47,475 bases of DNA from Octopus bimaculoides (taxonomy: Eukaryota). The stretch spans positions 30,428,398-30,475,872 of the forward strand of contig NC_068982.1 in NCBI RefSeq assembly GCF_001194135.2, read 5' to 3'. The notes beneath the pieces were generated by a model that searched no databases, had not been told where the DNA came from, and saw only the letters and a program-made list of their open reading frames with translations. The position numbers were made by a program, and so were the translations under genes. This document shows positions 27,372-38,428 of this stretch, piece after piece; within the stretch, counting starts at the first letter, position 1; each line of letters opens with the position of its first letter.

Positions 27372-27414
27372 TCCAGAGACATGTTTCTGAGTCTTTGCTC
27401 ATCATCAGTCTGGA
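27372..27414 (-). ncRNA. Minimal type I hammerhead ribozyme motif (left arm)
   Basis: Minus strand: uccaga CUGAUGA ugag caaaga cuca GAAA caug UC ucugga. Stem I 6 bp, stem II 4 bp, palindromic stem III ACAUGU, GUC cleavage triplet. Confidence 0.8.
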
Positions 27415-27528
27415 GTAGCATGACCTGCTAGCCGAAGATGCCTGTCAAGCTCTTGTAATGTACTTCACTAGAATTATTATATGTTTACAAGAGCTTGACA
27501 GGCATCTTCGACTAGCAAGTCATTCTAC

Positions 27529-27571
27529 TCCAGACTGATGACGAGCAAAGACTCAGAAACATGTCTCTGGA
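27529..27571 (+). ncRNA. Minimal type I hammerhead ribozyme motif (right arm)
   Basis: uccaga CUGAUGA cgag caaaga cuca GAAA caug UC ucugga. Predicted cleavage after C27565; the first stem II pair is a C-A mismatch. Confidence 0.75.
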
Positions 27572-28179
27572 TGCAGGCTTAGCTGGGTGGAGATGCTTGT
27601 CCCCCCCCCCTTGTAAACATAAGGACACAGGAAATGTGTCAAGGGCGACAGGAAGCGGTGCAGCTTCCTAGGTCTAACCAACAGTAGTATTATTCCCTTT
27701 AGGGGACTGTCACTTTAAGTTGACAGCATGCAACTACTTCATCGTATCACTACTGCATAAATCTCTCTGAGAGATTTAGAAATATTATTTCAATTTACTT
27801 GTTATAATTCTCCAGCCACTTCTTGAAGGCCCCATGAAAGTCTTCCAAAGTGAAGTTATCCAGGACCTTTGTCACAGCCTCCTTTATCTACTCATTCAGC
27901 ATGAGGATTAACCAAAAGTCACAAAGAGCATGGTCTGGACTGTAGAGAGGGAGGGCGTGAGGCTGTTTTGATACTCATCTTTGTGAAGTAGTTGGTTACC
28001 AGGATAGAACTGTGCATTGGTGCTGTTGCTCTGTCCTTTTGCCACAAAGTTCTCTTAGTTGACCATCTATCCAGAAGGAATGCAGTAGATATAGCTGACG
28101 CCCCCTGCTGTCAGAAAAAGAGATCCTCATGAGCTTTCTGGTGAACTTGCATTGCCTGGACTCTTGGGCTGATGTAAAA

Positions 28180-28597
28180 GAGATGTTCAGTTCATGTAGC
28201 TTGCTTACCAACCACATGGTTCCAGGTTCAGTCCCTCTGCATGGCACCTTGGGCAACTGTCTTCTACTATAGCCTCAGGCTAATCAAAGCCTTGTGAGTG
28301 GATTTGGTTGACGGATACTGAAAGAAGCTCATCGTATAGATATATATGTATGTGTGTGTGTTTGTGTGCGTGTATGTTTGTGTGTTAGTGTTTGTCCCCC
28401 CCACCACCACCACCATCACTTGACAACCAATACTGGTGTGTTTATGTCCCCCACAAACTAGCGGTTCGGCAAAAGAGGCTGATAGAATAAGTAATAGGCT
28501 TACAAAAAAATAATCTTGGGGTCAATTTGTTCGACTAAAGGTGGTGCTCCAGCATGGCCACAGTCAAATGACTGAAACAAATAAAAGAATAAAAGAG
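28180..28597 (+). mobile_element. Full-length family A SINE nested in the mariner
   Basis: Core and taaaagag tail present. taaaagag also occurs at 28175-28182 (possible TSD). Confidence 0.85.
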
Positions 28598-29990
28598 TAA
28601 GTTAATTTAATAAGCATATGTTTCTGGAACACTTTTGCCCAGCTTTAACACAAAACTTTATTGCATAACAAGTTTCCAAATTGTTTTCACGTCCTGATTG
28701 CATTCTACAAATTAGTCAGCTGTCACAAGGAATGTTTACTAGGGTGTGTTCAAAGTCTCGTTACAGTCATTTCCTTTAATCTGGAATTACAAAAGGTTGG
28801 CAGGTCAGCTTATTAGATGTATAGTAATGATATACTAAAATTACAATAATCTTGGACAATTATAACTGCCTCGCCAAAAGAAAAGTCTTAAATGTTCTGG
28901 AATGTACTTTGTAATAATACCATGCCTATATTTTACATTGTTGTAAAGTTAGAAAAGGATTCTAGCTGCAGTATTTAGCAGATAATTTTGATGCCGTTAT
29001 TGAATGGAAAAATTTTATCTCCTCTCATTTAAACTGATACAAAGTACCTCCCTTTTAACAGGTTACAAATGAGAAATTATCAAATTTAAATGGTAAAATT
29101 CATGACAATGACTTTGTGGTTAATGTTTGAGGAAAATAAGCACTGTCAATTGCTAAAGAGCCATAAAATTCTTTCAGAGTTATAAATAACTATTTTTGAA
29201 ATTCTTAATACAATTTTGGTTTCGATAGAAGTGTTGTCATGAAGGTTTATTATTATTATTTTTTTTTTTTTTCTGATGTATTGATTATTAAAATTCTTCC
29301 TTCATCAAAAATATAGCTGAATATGTGTTCTTTAAAACTTTTGATAGTCAACCTTTAGAAACTTCCATTTGTCTATTTTTCTTTCTTTTTTTTCTCTCTC
29401 CCCCCTCCCCCCTGCATTTTAAAATTTAACTAATTATTTCAATAATGCCACCTTTTATTTTGTTGAGGAAATGTTTATGAGTTCAGATTTTGAAATTTTA
29501 ATGTTGAAATCTTTAGAAAGAATCCATTTCAAGATTATTTCTTGAAATTCGATAAAATTTCATTTATTTATTTTTAATGAATATTCTCTGTCTCCTTTAC
29601 CCTTGACTAAGATATTAAAGGTTATTTTGATGGTGTTACAGCATTGTCTTTTTGTTTTTTTTTTTCTGTCTTTATATATTTGTAACTTCAATTCAGAAAT
29701 GGTATTTTCTGCTGCTACTGCTGTTGGATACCCTCCATCGTCATCTGTGTAAACCTGCCTTGAGTTTACTATTTTGCCCCTCCAACCTCATATTGTGGTG
29801 TTATCTCTTGTTAATTTCTGCATGAAAACAATATTGATATCAGTGTAACTGACTCCCAGTTGTCATCACTTTGTTAGTTTCTGTTTAGTCATTTTTGTAA
29901 AGAGATTTGGAAAAACTTGCTAAGTCTTCAGCATTTTACCTTATTTAATTATTTATTTTTCATTGTTTTTCTTTGTTTTATTTTTCTGGG

Positions 29991-30029
<39 letters not shown>

Positions 30030-30707
30030 TTTGACAAGCATCAGAGGATAATGCTGACATTTCTAGAACATCATCTCTTATCTTTCAATGGTATTTAACA
30101 ATAATACTAAAATATGACAAAAACATAAATAAATAATAATGATGATGATGATGATGATAATAATAGTAACAAAAAAAATTAATGAGTAAATATTAGCTAA
30201 AGAAGAAATGAGAGTTTCTAATTTAAAATGACATTTTATTGGAGATTATAAAATTTGTGTACTTTTTTATTTATTTTTGTTCATATTATGTTTCTCTTTA
30301 CCTTTTTAACATATATGAAAGGGCTGAACTATCCTCTAACTTTTTGACTGCAGTTTTCCTGTAAGCATTAGCCAATCAGGTTAACGGTTTTATTCTTTTC
30401 TTCATATGTTATATATACATACATACATACATACATACATACACATATATATATATATATATATATTTCATGTCTGGTGGTAGTTCTTCCATTTTCTCCA
30501 TTTTGTTCCATTAGTTGTGAAGGAATAAATATGGATTAAAAATCGATTGTGTTATTGAGCTGAAGAATTAGTGAAAACTTGCTGCTCAAACCCCTGCAGA
30601 TTGTGATACTAGAAGCATAGATAAAGTAACTCGTCCAGTTGTTATATTTTACACAAGGAAGACGTCTCTAGTGTTGGCCATGAAATATTTGAAGCATGAA
30701 CTTTCAT

Positions 30708-30955
30708 CATCATCATCATCATTGTAATGTCCACCTTACCATGTTTGCGTGGGTTGGACAGAGTTTATTGAAGCAGATTTTTGAAGGCCAGATGCCCTTC
30801 TAGCTGCCAGCCCTCACCTATTTTTCCAAGAAAAGTAATATTTCCCCATCACCAGATATATTTTTCCAGAATATTAGAAATGAACAGCATTGCTTGTATG
30901 ATGGGGACACTCATTTACGACTATCATGCAATGTCAAGACAAGGAGACATAAGCA
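30708..30955 (-). mobile_element. RTE-tailed repeat, family C variant
   Basis: (CAT)n tail, catgtttgcgtgggttggac and gatgcccttctagctgccagccctcacc; homologous to 37195-37425. Confidence 0.7.
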
Positions 30956-31222
30956 TGCATATGCACATATTCACACACACACAGACATACACATATATAT
31001 ATGTGTACATACACACACATATATATACATATATATATATAGGGAGAATTCACAAAAAAACAAAAGACGAAGACAGGTGGTGTAGACAACAAACAGATGT
31101 ATTAGTTTAATGCTCGGGAAGTGAAAATGTCTTTGACGTTTAGAGTCTATGCTCTTCCACAGAAAAGAAACAAGGAGAGAAAATAAAGAATGTGTAGTGG
31201 CTAGCGATCTATCATGGTGATG

Positions 31223-31282
<60 letters not shown>

Positions 31283-32009
31283 TACATACACACACACACA
31301 TATATACATGCATACATTTACAACATGTGTCTTTCAGTTGCTGTCTGTCAAATCCACTCACAAAACTTTGGTCAGCCCAGGGCTAGAGAAGATGACACTT
31401 GCCCTAGTTGCCACACAGTAGTACTGAACCTCATACCATGTGGTTGTGAATCAAACTTCTTACCACACAACCTGATAATTATCCATTCGTAACACACCTT
31501 GTGATGTAAGGGTATTCAACTGAAAAATGTGTTATGTATGTTCATTTAGTTTGTGCATATTATAGCAACTATTGTAAATGTTCGCCAGTCAGTTCAACAA
31601 GAAATTTAATAACCATGTTGATATTCACCTGGTCTCTGTCCTCGCATTTATCTATTCATTATAGTTTTTGAAGCAATAATTACAACAGAAGATCAAGGTG
31701 CAGTGTATTGCAGAATGTTTTACATTTGACTGATTTAAATTGTAGAATCTGTTGATGGTCTGCAAAAATATTCAGAAACTGGAAAGATTGTATTGAATTG
31801 AAAGAGCTAAATATCTGCATAAAAGAAGTGAATAAAAGTAACTAATTAGCAACAGGTTGGTATTAACTTAGCTCAGTGTGCAGGAAACGTGTTGTTAGAT
31901 ACAATATGTGCACTCAGTACAAGAAAAGAGTACATAAGAGGTTCAGTGGAATCTCTAGCAGACTGAGTGAGAACCACGACTTTGGGTGTATAGACGTATA
32001 TACCTAGAG

Positions 32010-32185
32010 CAGTGTTTCTCAACCATTTTCTGTCTATGGATCCCTTTGATTCCTATTTTACTCGGATGGACCCTCATAGCTATTCGATGTATATAAAAAC
32101 AACCCTACTGTATTTTCATAATTAAATATTATTAGGAATAACATAATAAGGAAAATTAAAATATTTGGTGTATTGTAGAAATATA
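32010..32185 (+). mobile_element. hAT-like MITE 5' part
   Basis: cagtgtttctcaaccatttt...atggatccc; homologous to 44682-45028. Confidence 0.6.
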
Positions 32186-32189
32186 ACCA

Positions 32190-32755
32190 ATATATTCTTT
32201 CATTCTTTTACTTGTTTCAGTCATTTTACTGTGGCCATACTGGAGCACTGCCTTAAAGGGTTTTAGTTAAAGAAATTGACCCCCGGACTTATTCTTTTCT
32301 AAACCTGGTACTTATCAGTCTCTTTCGCCAAACCTCTAAGTTACAGGGACATATACACACCAGCATTGGTTGTCAAGTGACAGTGGAAGTGGGGGACAAA
32401 CAGATACTTAAACACATTCATAGATACACACACACACACACACGCATGTATATATTTACATGATGGGCTTCTTTCAACTTCCGTGTATCAACCCAAAACA
32501 GACAACAAGTGTGGTGCAGTCTTCTGTCAAACCATCCAACCCATGCCAGCATAGAAAGTGAATGTGAAATGATGATGTAAACTATGATTATTATTATTTA
32601 ACGTCCTTCTTTCATGCTGGCATGGTTTGTATAGCCTGACAGGAGCTTGCAAGCCAGAGGACTGTACCAAACTTCTTTGTTTCGGTATGGTTTTTATGGC
32701 TGGATGCCCTCCCTAATGCCAACTGCTTTACAGAGTGGATTGGGTGCTTTTCATT
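32190..32755. mobile_element. Family A 3' half (minus) followed by two opposed family C fragments
   Basis: Family A at about 32190-32495, family C plus at about 32495-32575, family C minus at about 32585-32755. Confidence 0.7.
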
Positions 32756-32936
32756 TAATAAAATAACATTGTTTTGAACATAAATTGACCTTAAATTTCA
32801 ATGGAATGTTTCAATCATAGAACTAGGAGCCATGTCTTTGGTAGACTGGCATGGAAGGTGTTTTATTTTTATATAGTTTCGATTTCAGTTTCATTTTGCT
32901 GTTTCCATATATCTATATAAAATTTTCTCATTTTAG

Positions 32937-33011
32937 GACGAGGAGGAACTTCTGTATCTTTTGTCACCCAGTTTGATGTGAAACTTATCCAGGCTGTTGA
33001 GAGTTATATAA
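32937..33011 (+). CDS. DDX49: Internal coding exon of a DEAD-box RNA helicase, DDX49/Dbp8-like, just after motif VI
   Basis: Polypyrimidine tract ending ttttag, donor gtaagt, 75 nt, phase 1-1. Encodes (G)RGGTSVSFVTQFDVKLIQAVESYI, resembling DDX49 GRQGQAITLVTQYDIHLVHAIEEQI. As I recall, the human exon has the same length and phase. The paralogue DDX47 is not fully excluded. Confidence 0.8.
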
Positions 33012-33204
33012 GTAAGTTATGAAACTTCTTTCTCTGTTTTTAACCTATTTATTTGTTTGCAATTTAGCTAGGTAAATGGAGTAATTAAAATTAATATGTA
33101 TCAGTCACAGTTAATTTAATAATTTACACATTTTATTCTCATATTGATTTAATTTTTTTTTTTATTTTTATGTTCCTCTTTTTTTGATTGTGGTAGTGAG
33201 TCAT

Positions 33205-34125
33205 TGAAGTACCCTGCACATGATCATTCAGTGTTCTAGAGACATCAGCCAATTACTCCTCAAATTACATCTTATAATCTTAAAATAGAAAAGATAAATT
33301 CGGTGTCTGATGTTCTAGATATGTTGTGTCTAAAAAAAAAAAAGAGATAAAAAAAAAAGACTGGATGGTCATAGCTGGAATGTCCTTAATCATAAGTTTA
33401 CTCAATGGTGGCTGACTCTGGAATAAATAACATCAATAACTATTATAACAGATCACATGCATGTTTATCATGGAAAAAAAATATGTGTTGCTTAGCATAA
33501 GTTGTTTAGAACTAAGATGCATTAACCAGTGATGAACTGACATTCAACCCTATCCGCTTTGAACATGGTGAGATAGCTAGTGTTTGTAATCTGAGCTCTA
33601 CACCCTAAACTTATAAAAAATGCATATTGCTCAAATACAAAGGCATTTTACTGAAAACTACTAAACACAAACGCTTAAAAATTGGAGATATTATCTGCTA
33701 GTAGCAATCTGGGAATCTAATCCTAGTGTTGTATTATGATTGCTTGCAGCTAATTGAGAACCATAACCAGGCAAAGGCATGGTTGTAATAAGTTCTGGGT
33801 TCAATCCCACTGCATGGTACCTTGGGCAAGTGTTTTCTATAGCCCCAGGCCAGCCAAAGCCTTGTGAGTGGATTTGATTGACAGAAACTGAAAGAAGCCC
33901 AAAGCCCATCATGTGTGTGTGTGTGTGTGTGTTTGCTTCTTACCTTCACTGCCTTATAAATGGTGTGGTTTGCTTATATCCATATAACTTGGCAGTTCGG
34001 CAAAAGTAGAATCAGTAAGCAGGTTTAAACAAAGTAAGCACTGGGGTTGATCTATTTGATTAAAACTCTTCAAGGTGGTGCACCAGCATGGCCATGGTCC
34101 ACTGACTGAAACAAGTAAAAGACTG
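33205..34125 (+). mobile_element. Family E copy (about 33205-33445) and family A SINE (about 33775-34125)
   Basis: Diagnostic motifs shared with the other copies in the window. Confidence 0.7.
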
Positions 34126-34644
34126 AAGACTGTTTGAGACTCGTCATTTGAAACATTCTCCACTTGAAATCTCTAATCTTCGACTGACTCCAGATATGTT
34201 TGATGTATCAGCTAAAAAAATCACCGAGATTTTTGCTGAGTGAAGAAACATTTGGAAGAAACATCAAAACATAAATGAAAAATCTTTACTTAACCCCAAT
34301 AAATTCAAATTCAAAGAAGTATGGCTGTTGGTTTGGAAGTTTGTTTTGCAAAGCTGTGGTTCTGAGTTCAATACTACCAGGCAGTATCTAACACCATTGC
34401 TTGGCCTTTGGGCACCTTTTGTGAAGTCCATACTGTTGCAGGCATTCTAACCACTCATGGCTCATCATGTTTGTTTGTTTGTTATTTTTCCTTCTACACA
34501 TCTCAGAAATGCTGCAAAAACTATGCTTGGTTGAGATTATGGTATCCATGGATACTGACTTTCTTTGACTAACTAATTCATAATAAAAATAATAACCCTT
34601 TCTGTGACGGGGCTCATCGTCTACATCAACCTCTGTACTCAACT

Positions 34645-35095
34645 GATGCCTACTTCATTGACCCCCTAAAAGGATGAAGAACGAAGTTGGCTTTGGTGGC
34701 ATTTGATCTCAGAATATAAAGACAGACAAAATGCTGCTGGGCATTTTGACCGGTGTGCTAATGTTTCTGCCAGCTTACTTCAGTAGTAGTAGTAGTAGTA
34801 GTTTCACATTTTGGCTCCAAGCCAGTAATTTCAGGGCAGGGGATAAGTCGATTTACATTGACTCCAGTTTTTGACTGGTACTTATTTTATCGACTCCGAA
34901 ACAAGGAAAAGCAAAGTTGGCCATGGTGGTATTTGAACTCAGAACATGAAGACAGATGAAATACTGATAAGCATTTTGTCCAGAAGGATGAAAGGCAAAG
35001 TCGACCTTGGTGGAATTTGAACTCAGGATGTGAAGATGGACGAAATACCAGTAAGCATTTCAGTTCTGCCAGCTTGCCATCTTGATACTACTGAT
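34645..35095 (-). mobile_element. Three partial family B SINE copies in tandem
   Basis: aaaggatgaa...tttgaactcag core at about 34670, 34900 and 34985. Confidence 0.8.
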
Positions 35096-35147
35096 AATAA
35101 TAATGCTTTCTGCTGTATGCACAAAGTCTGGTATGTGTGTGTGTAGT

Positions 35148-35395
35148 GGAGGCGCGTGGCTTAGTGGTTAGGGTGTCAGCATCATGATCGTAAGATTGTG
35201 GTTTCAATTCCTGGACCAGGTGACATGTTGTGTTCTTGAGCAAAACACTTCATTTCACGTTGCTCCAGTCCACTCAGTTGGCAAAAATGAGTAACACTGC
35301 GACAGCCTGGCATCCCGTCCAGCTATGGATCACATCCTCCATAGAAACCAGGAAAACAGGCCCATGAGCTTGGCTAGGCTTTAAAAGGGCGCATT
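35148..35395 (+). mobile_element. Full-length family D tRNA-derived SINE
   Basis: ggaggcgcgtggcttagtggttaggg (A-box), ggtttcaattcc (B-box), gtgttcttgagcaaaacacttcatttcacgttgctccagtccactcag. Confidence 0.85.
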
Positions 35396-35994
35396 TATTT
35401 TATATTATGCGTGTGTGTAGGTGTTGGGTGGGGAGTTAGCATTGACCGTAGTACTTGACTGTTACTTAGTTCATTGACCCCCAAAAGGATTAAAAGCAAA
35501 GTCGACCTCGGCAGCATTTGAACTCAAAACATAAGGACAGACAAAATACCACTAAGTATTTTATCCAACATGTTAATAATTTTGATGGCTTGCTGTCTTC
35601 TAATAAGAGAATAATAATAAACAATGCAGCCTCTATAGAGTCTACAGGCAGTTATGCTAAATATTCAATATGTTACATGGATTATTTCATGTAGAGTCAC
35701 ACAATAATTTGATGCAAAAGTTTTGTTTCCAAAAAGATTTACGAAATTTGCTCAGTATATGAATATGTAAATTATGATATCAAAACGTGATGTTAATTGA
35801 TGTTAATTGCACAATTTTTGCATTTAATAGTCGGTTAGTCTATGATAATGTTACACAATATAATAAATAGAAATAAATAATGACGTTCAAGTGTCTCTGT
35901 TTCAGAATTTTCCCCTGTATTATACATGTATGCTATGTCTTCATGTGTATATATACATATGCTTGCACAAACACATACACATATCTACACGTGC

Positions 35995-36042
<48 letters not shown>

Positions 36043-36599
36043 GCATATATATATACACACAAAAACACACACGTGTACGTATGTATATATATATATATAT
36101 ATATTTATAAGCAAAGAAAATGATTGTGAACACTAGTGTGTATGTATGTGCACATATGGGTATGTATATATGTGTATAAAGATACATGCACACTTATCTG
36201 AGCGATATCTAGAGGTGGGGGAGACATCTATATAAAGAAATTCTTGCAACTGTTTTCTTTCTTTTTATATGTATATATTTAATGAGTAAACTACTTCTGT
36301 GCATTTGTGTGTGCACACATCCAGACATATGTGTATGCACATTTTTAAAAAGCTATAAAATGAAGTAATAATGTGCATTGGTTGTATACATGTTCTGTTG
36401 ATGCAGTCAGTCATTGCAGCAGGAAGCCTGCTGGTGTTACAAAAATGTATTTCTATAACTAGATGTAAATCATTTCAACCCATCCAAACCCATACAGCAT
36501 TATACAACACGTTCTATGCACTCTCATGTGCAGGCAAGGTGCAGAGGTTGCAGTATTTCTTTTATGGCAGATGCATGTGATGCTGCTGTCACTCAAGCA

Positions 36600-36890
36600 A
36601 ATGGTTTACTATCTACTTGCTTCTTGTCTTCTATCTTGTAGCAGCATTCACCTAAGAGGGGTTTGTTTAGGCAGCACCTATTGAATTCACTACATCACAG
36701 GTCAAGGCGGTCAATTCTGCTGCATGTTGAAGCCATTCCCAGTTCCAACAGTGAACACTAAAGGGTCATGGGTTGGAAATAAACTCCTTATCTGCTTTGA
36801 CTGTCGTGAGCCACATCTTCAGCTGACCACCTCTCCACTTATACCAAACCAGGGGAGGATCTGGTGCTATTGCCATCCGGATGAGTTCGT
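36600..36890 (-). mobile_element. RTE-clade LINE C-terminal fragment
   Basis: Minus translation RLE*FGHALL...PPLVWYKWRGGQLKMWLTTVKAD...WNWEWLQHAAEL resembles the RTE RLRWFGHV...RGGQxxTW tail. Confidence 0.65.
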
Positions 36891-37194
36891 CATGAGTGAA
36901 TGGGAGCAGTGCATGACCAAACTACTCTAGTCTCCTTTTTTGAAAAAAGAAAATATAAAAGAGAGAGAGAGAGAGAAAAAAAAAACATGTCCGCTCTTTT
37001 GAACGTCTATGCAGGAAAAGAAAGATGGTCATGTGAGGAAAAGAAAGATGGACGATGGTCATGTACGAGCAACAAGAGAGAGAGAGAAAGAGAAAGAGTG
37101 GGGGAGAGACATTGAAAATGGTGAAGGAGGGAGGGGGAGAAAAAGGGAATTAGAGAAGGGTGGAGGAAGTAAACAGTATAGAGTAGAGAGTGGC

Positions 37195-37890
37195 ATCAAA
37201 AAGGTGACATCACATGATGGTTGTAAATGAGCATCACAATCATATAAGTGAAGTTGTTCATTTCCAGTCTTTCCATGAAAAGCAATTCTGGCCATCGGGA
37301 GGTATTACCTTCCTTGGAAACAGGTGAGGGTTTTGCAACAGGAAGGGCATCCAGATGTAGAAAATCGGCCTGAATAAGTCCAATCTGACCCATGCAAGCA
37401 TATAAAAGTGGACATTAAAATGATGATAATTTTATTATGCTGGCTCCATAAAGAACTGTCGATCTCTCAAAGTAGATGGAACACATGGAAGTGGGAGACC
37501 CAGGAGGACGTGGAATGATCTCAGGATGCTGAATCTTTTAGTCAAGATGACAAAAGACCAAGATGTCTGGTGCCTTGCTGTACTCAAGACGACCCGTACT
37601 CCAAAGCAGCAGTGTTAAGACCAGTCTTCTGGTGGTGAAAAGCACTCGTGGAAGTGACATGTAAAAGCTCCTGTGTAGCGCCACATAAAAATGTCCATGT
37701 GGTCCCATGTAAAAGCACCCAGCCTACTCTGTAAAGTGGCTGGTGTCAAGAAGGGCATCCAGCAATATAAGCCATGCCAAATCAGGCTGGAGTCTGGTGC
37801 AGCTCCCCAGCTTACCAGCTCTGGTCAAGCTCCCACCCCCACCCCACCTATGTTAGTGTGGACAACAGTTATTAAATGATGATGATGATG
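37195..37890 (+). mobile_element. Family C variant, RTE LINE 3' coding end, and family C repeat
   Basis: 37440-37600 translates LKVDGTHGSGRPRRTW(N)DLRMLNL...MTKDQDVWCLAVLKTTR (RTE C-terminus), flanked by gaagggcatccag modules with (GAT)n tails. Confidence 0.7.
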
Positions 37891-38386
37891 GCTGGAATTA
37901 CATGCATTGTGTCTGTTAGTTTCTTCTTTTTCTGATTTTGAAGCAATCAATGTAGTATATAAAATTATCTTGTATCTAGATGCAATATTTTAAAAACTGC
38001 TGAATAAGCATGTTAAGAATATAGCAGTTTTTGATCTAACTTGTTACTGTATTAGGCTCTCAGTCTTTCCTGCTCTTATCTGTTTGATATAAAAATAAAG
38101 CAAAAATCATTAATTTTTATTTTGTTGTTTTACTGTCAACTGAAGAAAATGTGTTGATGTTTTAAGAGCATGGATGAATGTATTACATGAGTATATATAT
38201 ATGAGTCTGTCTACATATGTGTGTGTGTCTATGTGTATATGTGTGTGCATACATGCACATGCACACACATATGCACATGTTCACACAGGCATGCATGCTT
38301 ACCCATAATAACATGTCAGATGTCATGATTTAGTTGATCAAAACTGAAAAGAATAAGATACAAGCATTATGAAAATCTTGGAAAAA

Positions 38387-38428
<42 letters not shown>

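Larger units (their letters stand above)
27206..27788. mobile_element. Hairpin (inverted-arm) non-autonomous element with hammerhead motifs; Penelope-like pLTR or retrozyme-like
   Basis: Arms about 27205-27458 and 27485-27741 at roughly 95% identity, with a 26-nt spacer. 12-bp TSD ttcaatttactt at 27194-27205 and 27789-27800. Removing the insert restores the mariner C-terminal frame. Confidence 0.85.
27093..28911 (-). mobile_element. Internally deleted mariner carrying two nested insertions
   Basis: TA-flanked TIRs caaggtgcattccagaagttttgagact and agtcttaaatgttctggaatgtactttg. Minus translation gives YAIKFCVK (N-terminal HTH), RQCKFTRKLMRISFSDSRG, YSPDHALCDFWL and KEAVTKVLDNFTLEDFHGAFKKWLENYNK*IEVRGSYSEVD*. 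Confidence 0.9.

Noticed and set aside
34597-34617. PFCDGAH peptide resembling a CDGSH iron-sulfur motif
   Set aside because: The required upstream C-x-C-x2-S/T is absent, an in-frame stop lies eight codons upstream, and there is no acceptor nearby; probably chance.
35148-35225. tRNA gene-like sequence (also the heads of families A and B)
   Set aside because: A/B boxes continue into SINE bodies repeated many times in the window, and I see no complete cloverleaf.
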